64,000 nt of DNA from assembly GCA_046052125.1 (NCBI GenBank), contig JBJOMY010000006.1:1-64000 (forward strand), written 5' to 3'. The translations under genes were made by a program, and so were the position numbers. This document shows positions 46,139 to 57,295 of this stretch, one piece after another. This stretch comes from Cyanobacteriota bacterium (lineage in GTDB: Bacteria; Cyanobacteriota; Cyanobacteriia; PCC-6307; Cyanobiaceae). The first letter of the stretch is position 1; every line of letters starts with the position of its first letter. The notes under the pieces are model-generated. The model saw nothing but the letters and a program-made list of their open reading frames with translations, did not search any database and had not been told where the DNA came from.

Positions 46139-46621
46139 ATGACTCAGGCCCTCTCCGGAGCAGCAATCGCCGCCGTGATCGCGGCCTGCTGGCTGTTAGG
46201 CCGGCGGCGGCCCACGATCCTGAAATCCACCGATGCCTCAGCGGTGGCGGCACTCAACCGCAGCCGGATGGAACTGGTGCTCCCGAAGGACACCCAGGAC
46301 TCAACGCCCGAAGCCGACGCTCCCGTCCTCGACTCTCGGGTTTTGCCCGCGCCCGCTGATCTGCGCGGCCGGCGGCAGCTGTTCGCCCAGCTGGAGCAGC
46401 AATTTCAAGCCGGTGGTGAGCAGCGGGTGCAGGCGCTGGCGGTGTGCAGCGCCTGGCGCCACCGCGATGCCCTACCGCTGATCCGCCGCGGCCTACGCGA
46501 CAGCGACTGCCAGGTGGCGGCTCTCGCCGCTGAAGCCATGGCCCATTTCCGGGGCCGCAGCGCTGCAGCGCCTCAGCCTGCCCCCGCCAAAGCACCGCGC
46601 AACGTTTCGCGCACCCGGTAG
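46139..46621 (+). CDS. Membrane-anchored HEAT-repeat protein
   Basis: N-terminal TM; LPLIRRGLRDSD..VAALAA. Confidence 0.75.
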   Translation: MTQALSGAAIAAVIAACWLLGRRRPTILKSTDASAVAALNRSRMELVLPKDTQDSTPEADAPVLDSRVLPAPADLRGRRQLFAQLEQQFQAGGEQRVQALAVCSAWRHRDALPLIRRGLRDSDCQVAALAAEAMAHFRGRSAAAPQPAPAKAPRNVSRTR

Positions 46622-47559
46622 ATGGGCCGGCCCTGGCTCTCGTGATAGGTGCGCATCTGCAGCTCGGCCAGCAGGCCAAAGCAGAACAACTGCACCCCAG
46701 CGATTAAAGCGAGCACGGCCACCAACAGCAGCGGCCGATCACCGATCTCCGCCCCCATCAGCTTCTCCACCAGTAGGTAGGCGCTGAGCACCGCGCCCAG
46801 GGCGATCCCCACCAGGCCGCCGAAGCCGAACACGTACATCGGCCGGGTGAGGAAGCGCTTCATGAACCACACGGTGAGCAGATCCATCAGCACCCGGAAG
46901 GTGCGGTCGATGCCGTACTTGCTCTGCCCGAACTGGCGGGCGTTGTGGTTCACCTTCACCTCGCTGATCCGGGCTCCCTCGATGAAGGCCAGGGCCGGCA
47001 GGAAGCGATGCAGCTCGCCGTAGAGGTTCATGTCTTCCACCAGCTCGCGGCGATAAGCCTTGAGGGAACAGCCGTAGTCGTGCAGCTGCACACCCGTGAC
47101 CCGGGCGATCAGACGGTTGGCGATCTTGCTCGGCAGCAGGCGGCTCACGGCGTTGTCCTGGCGTTGATGGCGCCAACCGCTCACCAGGTCGTAGCCCTGC
47201 TCCAGCTGCTCCAGCAGCATCGGGATATCAGCAGGATCGTTCTGCAGATCGCCATCGAGGGTCACGATCACCTCGCCGCGACTGGCATCGAAACCGGCCG
47301 ACATTGCTGGGGTCTGGCCGTAATTGCGGCGCAGCAGCACCGCCACCAGCTCAGGCGTCTGGGCCGCCAATTGCTTCAACACCGCTGCGGTGCCATCGCT
47401 GGAGCCGTCGTCCACCAGCACCAGCTCAAACGGTCGCCCCAACGGCCGCAGGGCCGCCAGCAGCCGCTCCACCAACAGCGGCAGGCTCTCCTCCTCATTG
47501 AACAGAGGCACCACGATCGAGAGCTGCGGCGCAGCGAGGCAGTCGGCGCTAACGCTCAC
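46573..47559 (-). CDS. ArnC/DPM-like GT2 glycosyltransferase
   Basis: PLFNEE, DDGSSD, RRNYGQT, DGDLQNDP, DYGCSLK, GELHRF; GTG start inferred. Confidence 0.9.
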   Translation of the reverse strand: MSVSADCLAAPQLSIVVPLFNEEESLPLLVERLLAALRPLGRPFELVLVDDGSSDGTAAVLKQLAAQTPELVAVLLRRNYGQTPAMSAGFDASRGEVIVTLDGDLQNDPADIPMLLEQLEQGYDLVSGWRHQRQDNAVSRLLPSKIANRLIARVTGVQLHDYGCSLKAYRRELVEDMNLYGELHRFLPALAFIEGARISEVKVNHNARQFGQSKYGIDRTFRVLMDLLTVWFMKRFLTRPMYVFGFGGLVGIALGAVLSAYLLVEKLMGAEIGDRPLLLVAVLALIAGVQLFCFGLLAELQMRTYHESQGRPIYRVRETLRGALAGAG

Positions 47560-47611
47560 GGGATCGGGCTTCCACTGGCCAGAACCGTAGGTGAACGCAC
47601 CCAAAAGCCGA

Positions 47612-48364
47612 TTAAGGAAGGCTGCTGCCGTCGTGGCAACGCACCACCCGGCCGCCGCCGCGCAGCTCACGCCGGTAGTGCACGCCCACCGGATCCTGCA
47701 GCTGCAGATCCAGGCCATCGATGCCGATGCCATTGCGGCCGCACTCCCGGCCGGAGCTGTGGAGGTAGCGCCCTGCACCCACGTAGAGCCCCACATGGGT
47801 GCAGCGCTGCGGACGCCCGAAGAAGATCAGATCGCCGGGCCTGAGCAGGCTGTAGCAACCCGGCTGCACCGCCACCGGCTGGCAGAAGCGCTCCTGCTGG
47901 TAGGCATCGCGGGGAAGCCAGATGCCCGCACTGGCAAAAGCGGCCTGCACCAGGCCTGAGCAATCGAAATCGGGGCCGAGCGTTCCACCCCACAAATACT
48001 GATTGGGCTGCTGGCGTGCCCGCTCGGCAAAGGCGAGCACCGCGGGCAGCGCTCTGCTGATCTGCGCGGCATCGAGCAGCAAGGGCTGGGGGGGCCGGCA
48101 GGCGCGGGCGTGGCCCAAGAGCTGGCGGGGGTTCACCCAGCCGGGATAGCCGTCTTCCAGCAGCCGCACCCGCAAGCGTGAAGCGCCGGGCTGCAAGCCA
48201 TCCACCACCGTGAAACAGCGGCCGGCAGCTGCCTGGGTGGCCAAGCCGGGACCAGACCAATGGCTGGTGAGATCTAGCGGAGCCGTGAGGCGCCAGCTGC
48301 TGCCGGGCTGAAGCAGCTCCAGCGCCACCGGTGTGCCCTCAGCCAACCTGCCTAATCTCGCCAT
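47612..48364 (-). CDS. NlpC/P60 (C40) peptidase
   Basis: YLWGG, DCSGLVQ, LPRDA, PGDLIFFG, HVGLY. Confidence 0.9.
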   Translation of the reverse strand: MARLGRLAEGTPVALELLQPGSSWRLTAPLDLTSHWSGPGLATQAAAGRCFTVVDGLQPGASRLRVRLLEDGYPGWVNPRQLLGHARACRPPQPLLLDAAQISRALPAVLAFAERARQQPNQYLWGGTLGPDFDCSGLVQAAFASAGIWLPRDAYQQERFCQPVAVQPGCYSLLRPGDLIFFGRPQRCTHVGLYVGAGRYLHSSGRECGRNGIGIDGLDLQLQDPVGVHYRRELRGGGRVVRCHDGSSLP

Positions 48365-48381
48365 TACCCCCTTTGGCTGCG

Positions 48382-49308
48382 ATGGCGTTCTACTGCCCGG
48401 ATGGGGCGATGGCCCAACAGCTGGAGGCCACCATCGCGGCGCTGGCGGCGGAAGGACGGCCCGGCCTCCACGAGCAGCTGTCGATCACCTGGCTGCGCTA
48501 CGGCAGCTCCCTGATCGACAGCGCTTCCTCCCGCAGCGATCTGGCCAGCTTCTGGGCCGAGCCGCCCCGCGGCACCAGTTGGCAGGGGAGCCAGCCGCGC
48601 TATCCCGCCAGCGTGGTGAAGCTGCTGTATCTGGTAGCGGCTGAAGCCTGGCTGCAGCGCCAGCTCCTCGACGACACCGCGGAGCTGCGGCGTGCCCTGG
48701 CGGACATGATCCGCGACTCCAGCAACGACGCCACTGGGCTGGTGGTGGATCTGCTCACCGGCACCACCAGCGGCCCAGACCTCCCCGGCGAGGCCTTTGA
48801 GCGCTGGGCGCTGCAACGGCAGCTGGTGAACCAGTGGTGTGAGCAGCTGGCCTGGCCCGAGTGGAGCGGCGGCAATGCCTGCCAGAAAACCTGGGGCGAC
48901 GGCCCCTACGGCCGGGAACGCGCCTTCTACGGCGCCGAGCTGGAGAACCGCAACCGCCTCAGCAGCGATTTCTGCGCCCGTTTGCTGCACGCGGTGATCG
49001 CCGGAGCGCTGGTGTCGCCGCCGGCATGCGGCCGCATGCGCGAGCTGCTGGCGCGCAGCCTCGATCCGGCGGAACGGGCTGCCGATCCGGAGAACCAGGT
49101 GGATGGCTTCCTCGGGGCCGCCCTACCGGCCGAGGCCAGGTTGTGGAGCAAGGCGGGCTGGATGAGCCAAGCCCGCCACGATGCGGCCTACATCGAAGCG
49201 GAAGGTCACCCCCCCACCCTGCTGGTGGTGTTCAGCGAGGGGCGCGCACGGGCTACCGATGAACAGCTCCTACCGGAGCTCTGTGCCCGCTTAATGGCCG
49301 AGCGCTGA
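48382..49308 (+). CDS. Class A beta-lactamase-like serine hydrolase
   Basis: PASVVK (SxxK), SSNDA, SKAG, HDAA. Confidence 0.85.
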   Translation: MAFYCPDGAMAQQLEATIAALAAEGRPGLHEQLSITWLRYGSSLIDSASSRSDLASFWAEPPRGTSWQGSQPRYPASVVKLLYLVAAEAWLQRQLLDDTAELRRALADMIRDSSNDATGLVVDLLTGTTSGPDLPGEAFERWALQRQLVNQWCEQLAWPEWSGGNACQKTWGDGPYGRERAFYGAELENRNRLSSDFCARLLHAVIAGALVSPPACGRMRELLARSLDPAERAADPENQVDGFLGAALPAEARLWSKAGWMSQARHDAAYIEAEGHPPTLLVVFSEGRARATDEQLLPELCARLMAER

Positions 49309-49320
49309 ACAGTACGCATC

Positions 49321-49348
49321 AAAAAGCCCCCTGTTCAGGGGGCTTTTT
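49321..49348. terminator. Bidirectional intrinsic terminator
   Basis: aaaaagccccctg-tt-cagggggcttttt between the convergent hydrolase gene and tRNA. Confidence 0.9.
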
Positions 49349-49369
49349 GATCAGGAATCACACCTGGAA

Positions 49370-49458
49370 CGGAGAGGGAGGGATTCGAACCCTCGACAGA
49401 AGTTGCCTCCTGTAACTCCTTAGCAGGGAGCCGCTTTCAACCACTCAGCCACCTCTCC
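49370..49458 (-). tRNA. tRNA-Ser(GCT)
   Basis: GGAGAGG acceptor stem, anticodon loop CT-GCT-AA, long variable arm, GGTTCGAATCC; CCA not encoded. Confidence 0.97.
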
Positions 49459-49476
49459 AGCGGCCAGCAGAGCTTA

Positions 49477-50667
49477 TCAGCCGCCCGGCCGTGAGGCGGG
49501 CAGGCGCGGCAATCGATGCTTGAAACCGCAGAGGATCTCCCAGGGGATCGTGCCGCAGGGTTCACTCCAAGCCAGCGGATCAATGCGCTCGTCACCATCG
49601 CTCCCCAGCAATGTCACCACACTGCCCTGATCCAACTCCGGGGCATCGGTGGCATCGAGCACCAGCTGATCCATGGTGATCGCCCCCACCTGGGGAATGC
49701 GCCGGCCCTGATGCAGCACCTGCAACCGATTGGAGAGCAGGCGCGGCACGCCATCGGCGTAACCGATGCTCACCACCGCCAAGCGACTGGGACGCTGGGT
49801 GGTGAAGCGATGCCCGTAGCTCACGCCCACCCCGGCAGGCACCTCGCGGATCAGGCTCACCCGGGCCCGCACCTGCATGGCCGGCTGCAGCTCGAGGCCA
49901 CCGCCGAGATGCGCGGCCGGGCGATGGCCGTAGAGGGCGAGGCCCACCCGCACCATGTCGTAGTGGAGCTGGGGGGTGCGCAGGGTGCCGGCGGAGTTGG
50001 CGAGGTGGCGACAGCCGCTGAGCAGGCCACCCAACTGCAGGGCGCTGAGCACCTCGTCAAAGCGCTGCTGCTGCTGGCGAGTAAGGGGATCTAAACCCGC
50101 ACCCGGAGCATCGGCATCCGCCAGATGGGAGTACACGCCCGCCAGCTCCACCGCTTCCAGCGCGCCGATCGCCTCCACCAACCGCGGGCCGTCCTGCCAG
50201 GGGGCACCCAGCCGGGCCATGCCGGTGTCGAGCTTGAGCTGCACCGCCATCGGCCGGCCGCTGCCCGTGGCCAGGTTCTGGCAGAGCAGCGCCTCACGCA
50301 TGCCGCTGAGGGTGGGCATCAACTGCCAGTGCAGGCAGGCCCGCAGTTCATCGGGCTGGGTGAGATTGCCCAGCACCAGCACCGGTTGGCGCAGACCGGC
50401 CTGGCGCAGCTCCACCCCCTCGTGCAGGGTGGCTACCCCGAAACAGCTGGCCCCACCTGCGGCGGCGGCGCGGGCCACCGGCACGGCTCCATGGCCATAG
50501 CCATCGGCCTTCACCACCGCCATCAGGCTGCAGCCAGCCGCCAGGGAACGCCTCAGGCTGCGGGCGTTGGCCTGCACCGCCGCTTCGCACACCTCAACCC
50601 AGGCCCGCTGGCGCGGGTGCGGCCAGGGTTCACCCGAGGGACTGATGGCGGGGGAGGCTTCTCTCAT
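49477..50667 (-). CDS. alr: Alanine racemase
   Basis: AVVKADGYGHG, KLDTGM.RLG, SHLA, HLANS, GYADG. Confidence 0.95.
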   Translation of the reverse strand: MREASPAISPSGEPWPHPRQRAWVEVCEAAVQANARSLRRSLAAGCSLMAVVKADGYGHGAVPVARAAAAGGASCFGVATLHEGVELRQAGLRQPVLVLGNLTQPDELRACLHWQLMPTLSGMREALLCQNLATGSGRPMAVQLKLDTGMARLGAPWQDGPRLVEAIGALEAVELAGVYSHLADADAPGAGLDPLTRQQQQRFDEVLSALQLGGLLSGCRHLANSAGTLRTPQLHYDMVRVGLALYGHRPAAHLGGGLELQPAMQVRARVSLIREVPAGVGVSYGHRFTTQRPSRLAVVSIGYADGVPRLLSNRLQVLHQGRRIPQVGAITMDQLVLDATDAPELDQGSVVTLLGSDGDERIDPLAWSEPCGTIPWEILCGFKHRLPRLPASRPGG

Positions 50668-50769
50668 CCACCTGGAAGATCTGCAGAGCGTAAGCGGGAC
50701 TGCACGACGCCACTGGACGTTCCCCCTAGCATGGCGAGCAAATCACGGGCTGCCAGGGGAACCACTCCC

Positions 50770-51294
50770 ATGGGCCACGTTCTCGTTCTCAACGCCTCCT
50801 ACGAGCCGCTGAACGTCACCAGCTGGCGGCGCGCCACGGTGATGGTGCTCAAGGGCAAGGCCGAAGGGCTGGAACATGCCACGGATCTGCAGCTGCGCCC
50901 CGGGCTGCATCGCCCCACGGTGATCCGGCTACGCCAGTTCGTGCGCGTGCCGTTCCGGGCGCTACCGCTGACGCGCCGCAACCTGTTCCATCGCGACGGC
51001 CATTGCTGCCAATACTGCGGCAGCCAGAGCGAGCGGCTCTCGATTGACCACGTGATCCCACGCAGCCGCGGCGGCGATCACAGCTGGGACAACGTGACCA
51101 CCGCTTGCCTGCGCTGCAATGTTCACAAGGGCAATCGCACCCCGCGGGAAGCCGGGATGGTGCTGCTCCACCAACCCCGCCGCCCCCTGAGCGGACCGCT
51201 GTTTGAAGCCCAGCGTCAGATGGCCAGCGGCCAGCACAGCGAATGGGCGAAGTACGTGCAGGGCTGGGACGACAACGGCCTAGCCGCCGCCTGA
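50770..51294 (+). CDS. HNH endonuclease (McrA-like)
   Basis: [13 protein letters not shown]...[20 protein letters not shown]...C..CN..K. Confidence 0.9.
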   Translation: MGHVLVLNASYEPLNVTSWRRATVMVLKGKAEGLEHATDLQLRPGLHRPTVIRLRQFVRVPFRALPLTRRNLFHRDGHCCQYCGSQSERLSIDHVIPRSRGGDHSWDNVTTACLRCNVHKGNRTPREAGMVLLHQPRRPLSGPLFEAQRQMASGQHSEWAKYVQGWDDNGLAAA

Positions 51295-52383
51295 CGCCTG
51301 CTCCGCCAGTTCCTCGAGCTGGCGCCGCTGATCCGCCGACACGCAAGCGCCGATCAGTTCCGCCAGCTGCCCCTGCAGCACCGGCTCCAAGGAGAAGTTG
51401 CGGCCCAGGCGGTGATCGGTGGTGCGGTTGTCTTTGTAGTTGTAGGTGCGGATTTTCTCGCTGCGATCACCCGTGCCCACCTGAGCAAGGCGGGCGGAGC
51501 GTTCCTCGGCGTTGGCCGCCGCCAGCTCGCGCTCATACAGCTTGGCCCGCAGGATCTCCAGGGCCCGCTCGCGGTTTTGGAGCTGCGAGCGCTCCTGGGT
51601 GCAGAACACGCGGATGCCCGTGGGTTTGTGGAGCAGATCCACCGCGGTTTCCACCTTGTTCACGTTCTGGCCGCCGGCGCCACCGGAGCGGGCGGTGCTG
51701 ATCTCGAGGTCGCCCGGATCGATCTGCACCTCCACCGGATCCGCCTCTGGCATCACCGCCACGGTGGCAGTGGAGGTGTGCACGCGTCCCTGGGATTCGG
51801 TGGCCGGCACCCGCTGCACGCGATGCACGCCAGCCTCAAACTTCAGCTGGCTGAACACACCCTCACCTTTGATCGCCAGGATCAGTTCCTTGTAACCGCC
51901 CAGCTCCGCCTCGGAGGCGCTCACCGGCATCACCTTCCAGCCCACACTCTGGGCGTAGCGCTCGTACATCCGCGCTAGATCGCCGGCCCACAAAGCCGCT
52001 TCATCCCCACCGGCACCAGCACGGATCTCCAGCATCACGCTGCGTTCATCGCGCGGATCGCGGGGCAGCAACGCGAGGGTGAGCTGCTCCTCGAGGGCGC
52101 CGATCCGGGCGGCCAACTCGGCCAGCTCCTCCTGAGCCAGGGCCTCGAGTTCGAGATCGCCGCGGCTTTCGCGCAACAGTTCCCGCGCCTGCTGCTCCTG
52201 GTGGCGCAGACGCTCCAACTCCGCATACCCCGTCACCAGGGGCTCGAGCCGCGCCCGCTCTCGGGCAATCGGTTCCAGCTGCGCCGGGTTGGCTGCCACA
52301 TCGGGATCGGCGAGCTGACGCTCGAGGGTCTCGAAGGTGGTGCGGGCCGTTTCGAGGCGCTCGCTCAGGAAGGAAGCATCCAT
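51280..52383 (-). CDS. prfA: Peptide chain release factor 1
   Basis: VPATES (PxT), [18 protein letters not shown]. Confidence 0.97.
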   Translation of the reverse strand: MDASFLSERLETARTTFETLERQLADPDVAANPAQLEPIARERARLEPLVTGYAELERLRHQEQQARELLRESRGDLELEALAQEELAELAARIGALEEQLTLALLPRDPRDERSVMLEIRAGAGGDEAALWAGDLARMYERYAQSVGWKVMPVSASEAELGGYKELILAIKGEGVFSQLKFEAGVHRVQRVPATESQGRVHTSTATVAVMPEADPVEVQIDPGDLEISTARSGGAGGQNVNKVETAVDLLHKPTGIRVFCTQERSQLQNRERALEILRAKLYERELAAANAEERSARLAQVGTGDRSEKIRTYNYKDNRTTDHRLGRNFSLEPVLQGQLAELIGACVSADQRRQLEELAEQASGGG

Positions 52384-52424
52384 GGCGTCAGGGGAGCTGC
52401 ATCAGGCAACGGTGGACGGGCAGC

Positions 52425-52455
52425 AAAAAGCCGGATGCCCAGGAGCATCCGGCTT
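52425..52455 (-). terminator. Intrinsic terminator after rpmE
   Basis: aagccggatgc/gcatccggctt stem, with U run on the minus strand. Confidence 0.85.
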
Positions 52456-52486
52456 GGGACGTAATGGGTTGCCTGAAGGCAGCCAA

Positions 52487-52744
52487 TCAGGCTTTGGCTG
52501 CAGCGTCTTTGGTGTCGCTGCCCTGGGCATCGGAAGCACCGGCCATGCCGTACTTGCGCATGAAGCGGTCCACACGACCCTCGGTGTCGAGGATCTTCTG
52601 GGTGCCGGTATAGAAGGGATGGTTGCCACTCCACACATCCACGTGGAGTTCGGGCGAGGTGGAGCCGGTGGTCATCACCACCTCTCCATTGCAGATCACC
52701 TTGGCATCGGGATACCAGGTGGGATGGATTTCGGCCTTCGGCAT
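52487..52744 (-). CDS. rpmE: 50S ribosomal protein L31
   Basis: IHP.W, HPFYTG, GRVDRF. Confidence 0.97.
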   Translation of the reverse strand: MPKAEIHPTWYPDAKVICNGEVVMTTGSTSPELHVDVWSGNHPFYTGTQKILDTEGRVDRFMRKYGMAGASDAQGSDTKDAAAKA

Positions 52745-52776
52745 AACGAATACAGAGCTGAGGTGCGGAAGCTGAA

Positions 52777-53178
52777 TCAGCGCTTGGAGAACTGAGGAGC
52801 CTTACGGGCTTTCTTCAGGCCGTACTTACGACGCTCCTTGGCGCGGGGGTCGCGGCTGAGGTGACCTTCAGTCTTCAGGGGCTTGCGGTTCTCCGGGGAG
52901 AGCTCACACAGCGCACGCGCTGCACCCTGCTTGATGGCATCAGCCTGGCCGGTGAGACCGCCGCCGCGCACGTTCACGAGGATGTCGTACTCGCTGGCCA
53001 GACCCAGGGTCTGAAGAGGAGCAGTCACCGCCGCCATGTAAACGGGGTTGTAGTTCAGGTAGTTGTCACCGGGACGACCGTTGATGGTGACGGTGCCGGT
53101 GCCGGGGACCACACGCACGCGAGCAACGGCGGTCTTGCGGCGGCCAGTTCCCCAGTAAACGACTTTGTTGGTGCTCAT
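52777..53178 (-). CDS. rpsI: 30S ribosomal protein S9
   Basis: [18 protein letters not shown]. Confidence 0.98.
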   Translation of the reverse strand: MSTNKVVYWGTGRRKTAVARVRVVPGTGTVTINGRPGDNYLNYNPVYMAAVTAPLQTLGLASEYDILVNVRGGGLTGQADAIKQGAARALCELSPENRKPLKTEGHLSRDPRAKERRKYGLKKARKAPQFSKR

Positions 53179-53627
53179 TGGGCGGAAGCGGCGGGATCGA
53201 GGGCGAGGGCCTTGGGCTGCTGGGCGGCGTGGGGATGCTCAGCACCCTTGTACACCTTCAGCTTGCGGAACAGCTGACGACCGAGGGCGTTGTGGGGGAG
53301 CATGCCCTTCACAGCCTTCTCGATGATCCGCTCAGGAATGCGGGCCTGCAGCGCAGCGAAGCTCTCCGTCTTCATGCCGCCGGGACGGCCAGAGTGACGG
53401 CGATAGACCTTCTGGGTGAACTTGTTACCGCTCACCTTCACCTTGTCGGCATTGATCACGACGACGAAGTCGCCAGCGTCAATGTGAGGGGCGAAGTTGG
53501 GGTTGTTCTTACCCCGAAGCACCGATGCCACTTCGCTGGCGAGACGGCCGAGGGTCTGGTTCTCAGCATCCACCAGATACCACTGGCGACTGGAGGGATC
53601 CTGAGGGGGAACGAGAGTCTTGTTCAT
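53175..53627 (-). CDS. rplM: 50S ribosomal protein L13
   Basis: [23 protein letters not shown]. Confidence 0.98.
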   Translation of the reverse strand: MNKTLVPPQDPSSRQWYLVDAENQTLGRLASEVASVLRGKNNPNFAPHIDAGDFVVVINADKVKVSGNKFTQKVYRRHSGRPGGMKTESFAALQARIPERIIEKAVKGMLPHNALGRQLFRKLKVYKGAEHPHAAQQPKALALDPAASAQ

Positions 53628-53804
53628 CGCACCGGCGGGCCGGATCGGTAAAGCTCCACTGCTCAGCGAGTGAGCAAGGGGCGGGACAGGGTGTCTGGAC
53701 GGAAGGTCTGGACTGGGACGGCAGGGCGTCCGATCACTCGGACGACTGAAGCTCGTGGAGCGACCCTACCTCGCCGCCTGACCAGCCCCATCTCAGGAGC
53801 TTGT

Positions 53805-54659
53805 TCAAGCGCGGGGCGGGGAGTCTGAACACTCCAGCAAATACCGCGGTTGGCAATCATACCAGGCGGCTTCAGGGAACATGGGTTCCGGGTAGCCCAC
53901 CCGCAGCAGGCAAAGCCCCTGCGGAGGCGCCGCCTCCTTCACCTCCTCACGGGCACCGCTGCGCCAGCGCCGGGCAAAGCTCTCGAGGCTGAGGCGCCTC
54001 TCCGCCACCGCCACCAGCTGCCCCATCACCAACCGCACCATGCCGTAGAGAAAGCCGCTGGCCTGCAATTCCACCTCGATGAGATCGCCGCGGCGTTCCA
54101 CCTGCACCTCCTGCAGGGTGGTGCGGGAGTGGGAGCGGGCACTGCCTGCCCGCTCAAAGGCCGCGAAGTCGTGCTCCCCGAGCATGCCTTCCAGCGCCTC
54201 GCGCATCAGCCCTTCATCCAGCCTCAGCTGGTAGCGGTGCCAGCTCCAGGGGGCCAGAAACAGATTGGGAATCCGGGCGTTGTAGATGGTGTAGCGATAG
54301 CGCCGGTAGCTAGCGCTGAAGCAGGCGTGCCACTCGGCCGGCACCTCCACGCCCGCCCGAACGCGGATCGTGGGCGGAAGACGGCCATTGAGGGCCGCGG
54401 GCCAGCGCTGGGCAGGGATCGGCCCCATGGCATCGAAATGGGCCACCTGGCCGGCCGCATGCACGCCGGTATCGGTGCGTCCAGCGGCGTGCAGGCGCAC
54501 CGGCCGGCCTGGATCCAGTGCCGCGATCGCCGCCTCCAGGGTCTCCTGCACGCTTGGATCCCGGGGCTGCCGCTGCCAGCCGCAGAAGCCAGAGCCGTCG
54601 TATTGCAGGCAGAGAGCAATGCGACGCGATCCAGGGGTGGCAACAGGGTGATCAGCCAT
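53805..54659 (-). CDS. truA: tRNA pseudouridine(38-40) synthase
   Basis: [27 protein letters not shown]. Confidence 0.95.
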   Translation of the reverse strand: MADHPVATPGSRRIALCLQYDGSGFCGWQRQPRDPSVQETLEAAIAALDPGRPVRLHAAGRTDTGVHAAGQVAHFDAMGPIPAQRWPAALNGRLPPTIRVRAGVEVPAEWHACFSASYRRYRYTIYNARIPNLFLAPWSWHRYQLRLDEGLMREALEGMLGEHDFAAFERAGSARSHSRTTLQEVQVERRGDLIEVELQASGFLYGMVRLVMGQLVAVAERRLSLESFARRWRSGAREEVKEAAPPQGLCLLRVGYPEPMFPEAAWYDCQPRYLLECSDSPPRA

Positions 54660-54734
54660 GGCACAACGGCGCCCACAACAAAGCCGCGCCGGCCCTAAGG
54701 CCCTGCGCGGCAGGCTGCAACTGCAGGTGAACGA

Positions 54735-55085
54735 TCAGACGAGCTCGATGATCGCCATCTCGGCGTGGTCACCGCGGCGGGGCACGGTGCGGATGATGCG
54801 GGTGTAACCGCCGTTGCGATCGCCGTAACGCTCCTGGGCCTTGTCGAACAGGGCGTGAACGAGCTGCTTGTCGTAGATGTAGCCGATGGCGCGGCGACGG
54901 GCAGCGAGGCTGCCGTCCTTGGCCAGGGTGATCATGCGCTCGGCTTCATCGCGCAGGGCCTTGGCACGGGCCTTGGTGGTGGTGAGGCGACCTTCGCGAA
55001 TCAGCTGCGTGGTGAGGGCGCGCAGCATGGCTTTGCGTTGGTCGGCGGGGCGTCCCAGCTTGGGAACTCGGCACTGGTGGCGCAT
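54735..55085 (-). CDS. rplQ: 50S ribosomal protein L17
   Basis: MRH....KLGR, GGYTRI, RRGD.A.MAIIELV. Confidence 0.98.
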   Translation of the reverse strand: MRHQCRVPKLGRPADQRKAMLRALTTQLIREGRLTTTKARAKALRDEAERMITLAKDGSLAARRRAIGYIYDKQLVHALFDKAQERYGDRNGGYTRIIRTVPRRGDHAEMAIIELV

Positions 55086-55135
55086 GACGGTTGCGGAGGG
55101 TAAGCGTTAACGGGTAGGGGGAAACTCGCGCTGAA

Positions 55136-56074
55136 TCAGGCGCTGGTGCGGCTCTGGGGCAGGGAGATGCCGATGCGCTCAAGCGCCTCGATCACCTCAT
55201 CGGCCGACTTGGAACCGAAGTTCTTGATCTCCAGCAGATCTTCGTAGCTGAAGCCCATCAGGTCGGACACGGAGTTGACCTGGGCGCGCTTGAGGCAGTT
55301 GTAAGCACGAACCGAGAGGTTGAGCTCCTCGAGAGGAATCTGCGCCTCGGCGGAGGGCTCGGGCTCCAGGCCGGGCTCATCCACCATGGTGAGGCTGGCC
55401 AGGGGCTGGAACAGCGCAATCAGCTGATTGGCTGCCTGGGCCATGGCGTCGTCAGGGGTGACCGAACCATCGGTTTCGATCTCCAGGCGCAGGCGCTCAC
55501 GGGCCGAACCGCCTTCGCCCACAGCGGTTTCATCCACGCTGTAGTTCACGCGGCGCACGGGCATGAACACGGCGTCGATCTGCAGGAGATCGATGGCGCT
55601 GGTGTCTTCGGTGCGGCGATCCACAGGGCGATAGCCTACGCCGCGCTCTACATGCACCTCAAGCTCGAGGCTGTAGCCATCAGCCACGGTGGCGATCGGA
55701 CGGTCGCCGTCGATCACGGTGACCTGCGAGGAGAACTGCAGGTCGGAGGCGGTCACGGTGCAAGGGCCGTTGGCCACCAGACGACCGATTTCCAGCTCGC
55801 GAGTGCGGCTGCTGACGGCGACGTCCTTGCAGTTGAGCAGGATGTCGAGAACGTCTTCACGCACACCGGGGACGGTGGCGTATTCGTGGTTCACGCCGGC
55901 GATGCGCACGGCGGTGATGGCGCTGCCCTCGAGGGCTCCCATCAGCACGCGGCGCAGGGAGTTGCCGAGGGTGATGGCCTGACCCCGCTCAAGGGGTCCG
56001 ATCACAAAGACGCCGGTCTGGGAGCGGTCGTCGGCGATCTGGTGTTCAACCCGATCGATCTGATACTGCAACAC
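55136..56074 (-). CDS. rpoA: RNA polymerase alpha subunit
   Basis: [34 protein letters not shown] start at 56074. Confidence 0.98.
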   Translation of the reverse strand: MLQYQIDRVEHQIADDRSQTGVFVIGPLERGQAITLGNSLRRVLMGALEGSAITAVRIAGVNHEYATVPGVREDVLDILLNCKDVAVSSRTRELEIGRLVANGPCTVTASDLQFSSQVTVIDGDRPIATVADGYSLELEVHVERGVGYRPVDRRTEDTSAIDLLQIDAVFMPVRRVNYSVDETAVGEGGSARERLRLEIETDGSVTPDDAMAQAANQLIALFQPLASLTMVDEPGLEPEPSAEAQIPLEELNLSVRAYNCLKRAQVNSVSDLMGFSYEDLLEIKNFGSKSADEVIEALERIGISLPQSRTSA

Positions 56075-56131
56075 GGTCTGAAGCTCGAAAGAAGAGGAGG
56101 AGCCCCCTCTGGGGCGAGGCAAGGCGTCGGA

Positions 56132-56524
56132 TCAGACCCGGCGACGCTTGGAACGACGGCAGCCGTTGTGGGGCAGTGGGGTGACGTCGCGGATCAGGGT
56201 GATCTCCAGACCGGCCACCTGCAGGGCACGGATCGCCGTTTCACGGCCGGAACCAGGACCGCGCACCAGCACCTCGATCTGGCGCATCCCCTGCTCAAGG
56301 GCGCGACGGGCGGCTGCTTCTGCGGCGGTTTGGGCGGCGAAGGGGGTGCCTTTGCGGGCGCCCTTGAAACCACTGGCTCCAGCGGAGCTCCAGGAGATCA
56401 CTTCACCGGCGGTGTCGGTGATCGAAACGATCGTGTTGTTGAAGGTGCTCTGAATGTGCGCCACACCGTTGGGCACATTGCGCTTCGTCTTCTTCGCGCC
56501 GGATTTCTTGGCGGGCTTGGCCAT
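56132..56524 (-). CDS. rpsK: 30S ribosomal protein S11
   Basis: STFNNT, TPFAAQ, PHNGCR. Confidence 0.98.
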   Translation of the reverse strand: MAKPAKKSGAKKTKRNVPNGVAHIQSTFNNTIVSITDTAGEVISWSSAGASGFKGARKGTPFAAQTAAEAAARRALEQGMRQIEVLVRGPGSGRETAIRALQVAGLEITLIRDVTPLPHNGCRRSKRRRV

Positions 56525-56654
56525 GGTTTAGAGCCCTGCAGGAGCAGGGAGGTGATCAGTGAACTGAGGGGGGCATCCTGGTGACGGCCGTTCCCTATGG
56601 GGAACGCTCGGCAGGAGCAATGGGGATGGCCGAAGGCCAGAAGCAGGTCAGGCC

Positions 56655-57020
56655 TTACTTCTTCTTACCGGCAACGGTCTTACGAGCGCCGCGGCGGGTA
56701 CGGGCATTGGTGCGGGTGCGCTGACCACGCACGGGCAGGCCCACGCGATGGCGACGACCACGGACGCAGCCGATGTCTTGGAGGCGCTTCATCGCCATGC
56801 CCTCTTGGCGACGCAGGTCGCCTTCGAGGGTGTAGCCCTCAGCGGCGCCGCGCAGCTTCTGCACGTCGGCGTCGTCGAGGTCCTTGACGCGGGTATCAGG
56901 GTTAACCCCGGTTTTGGCCAGGATTTTCTTGGCCGTGGTCAGGCCAATCCCGTACACGTAGGTGAGGGCGATTTCGATCCTCTTGTCGCGAGGAATATCA
57001 ACGCCGGCAATCCGAGCCAC
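56655..57020 (-). CDS. rpsM: 30S ribosomal protein S13
   Basis: [25 protein letters not shown]. Confidence 0.98.
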   Translation of the reverse strand: MARIAGVDIPRDKRIEIALTYVYGIGLTTAKKILAKTGVNPDTRVKDLDDADVQKLRGAAEGYTLEGDLRRQEGMAMKRLQDIGCVRGRRHRVGLPVRGQRTRTNARTRRGARKTVAGKKK

Positions 57021-57135
57021 AGAAACTAACGATTGGGGTGAGCAGGGGAGAAGTTCTCAGGCGGCAGCGCACTGGCGGCGGCCCAGGAACTTGAAAGGTT
57101 TGGCCCTAGGGCCGTGGACAAGGCTCAGCCGGGGA

Positions 57136-57249
57136 TCAACCCTGGCGCTGCTTGTGCTTGGGGTTGGCGCAGATCACCATCACCCGGCCGTGGCGACGAA
57201 TCACACGGCACTTGTCGCACATTTTCTTGACCGAGGCACGCACCTTCAT
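57136..57249 (-). CDS. rpmJ: 50S ribosomal protein L36 (not in ORF track)
   Basis: Hand-translated [37 protein letters not shown]. Confidence 0.97.
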   Translation of the reverse strand: MKVRASVKKMCDKCRVIRRHGRVMVICANPKHKQRQG

Positions 57250-57295
57250 GGGAGCGGTCTCTCCAATTTTGCAAACGCTGACCCTACCACAGGGG

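Noticed and set aside
48382..49308. Acquired beta-lactam resistance gene
   Set aside because: Divergent serine hydrolase without signal peptide or mobile context
49370..49458. tRNA-Ser as a possible island integration site
   Set aside because: No integrase, no duplicated tRNA 3' end seen, and core genes on both sides
50770..51294. HNH nuclease as a mobile or defence element
   Set aside because: Stand-alone McrA-like type between alr and prfA with no methylase, repeats or intron context
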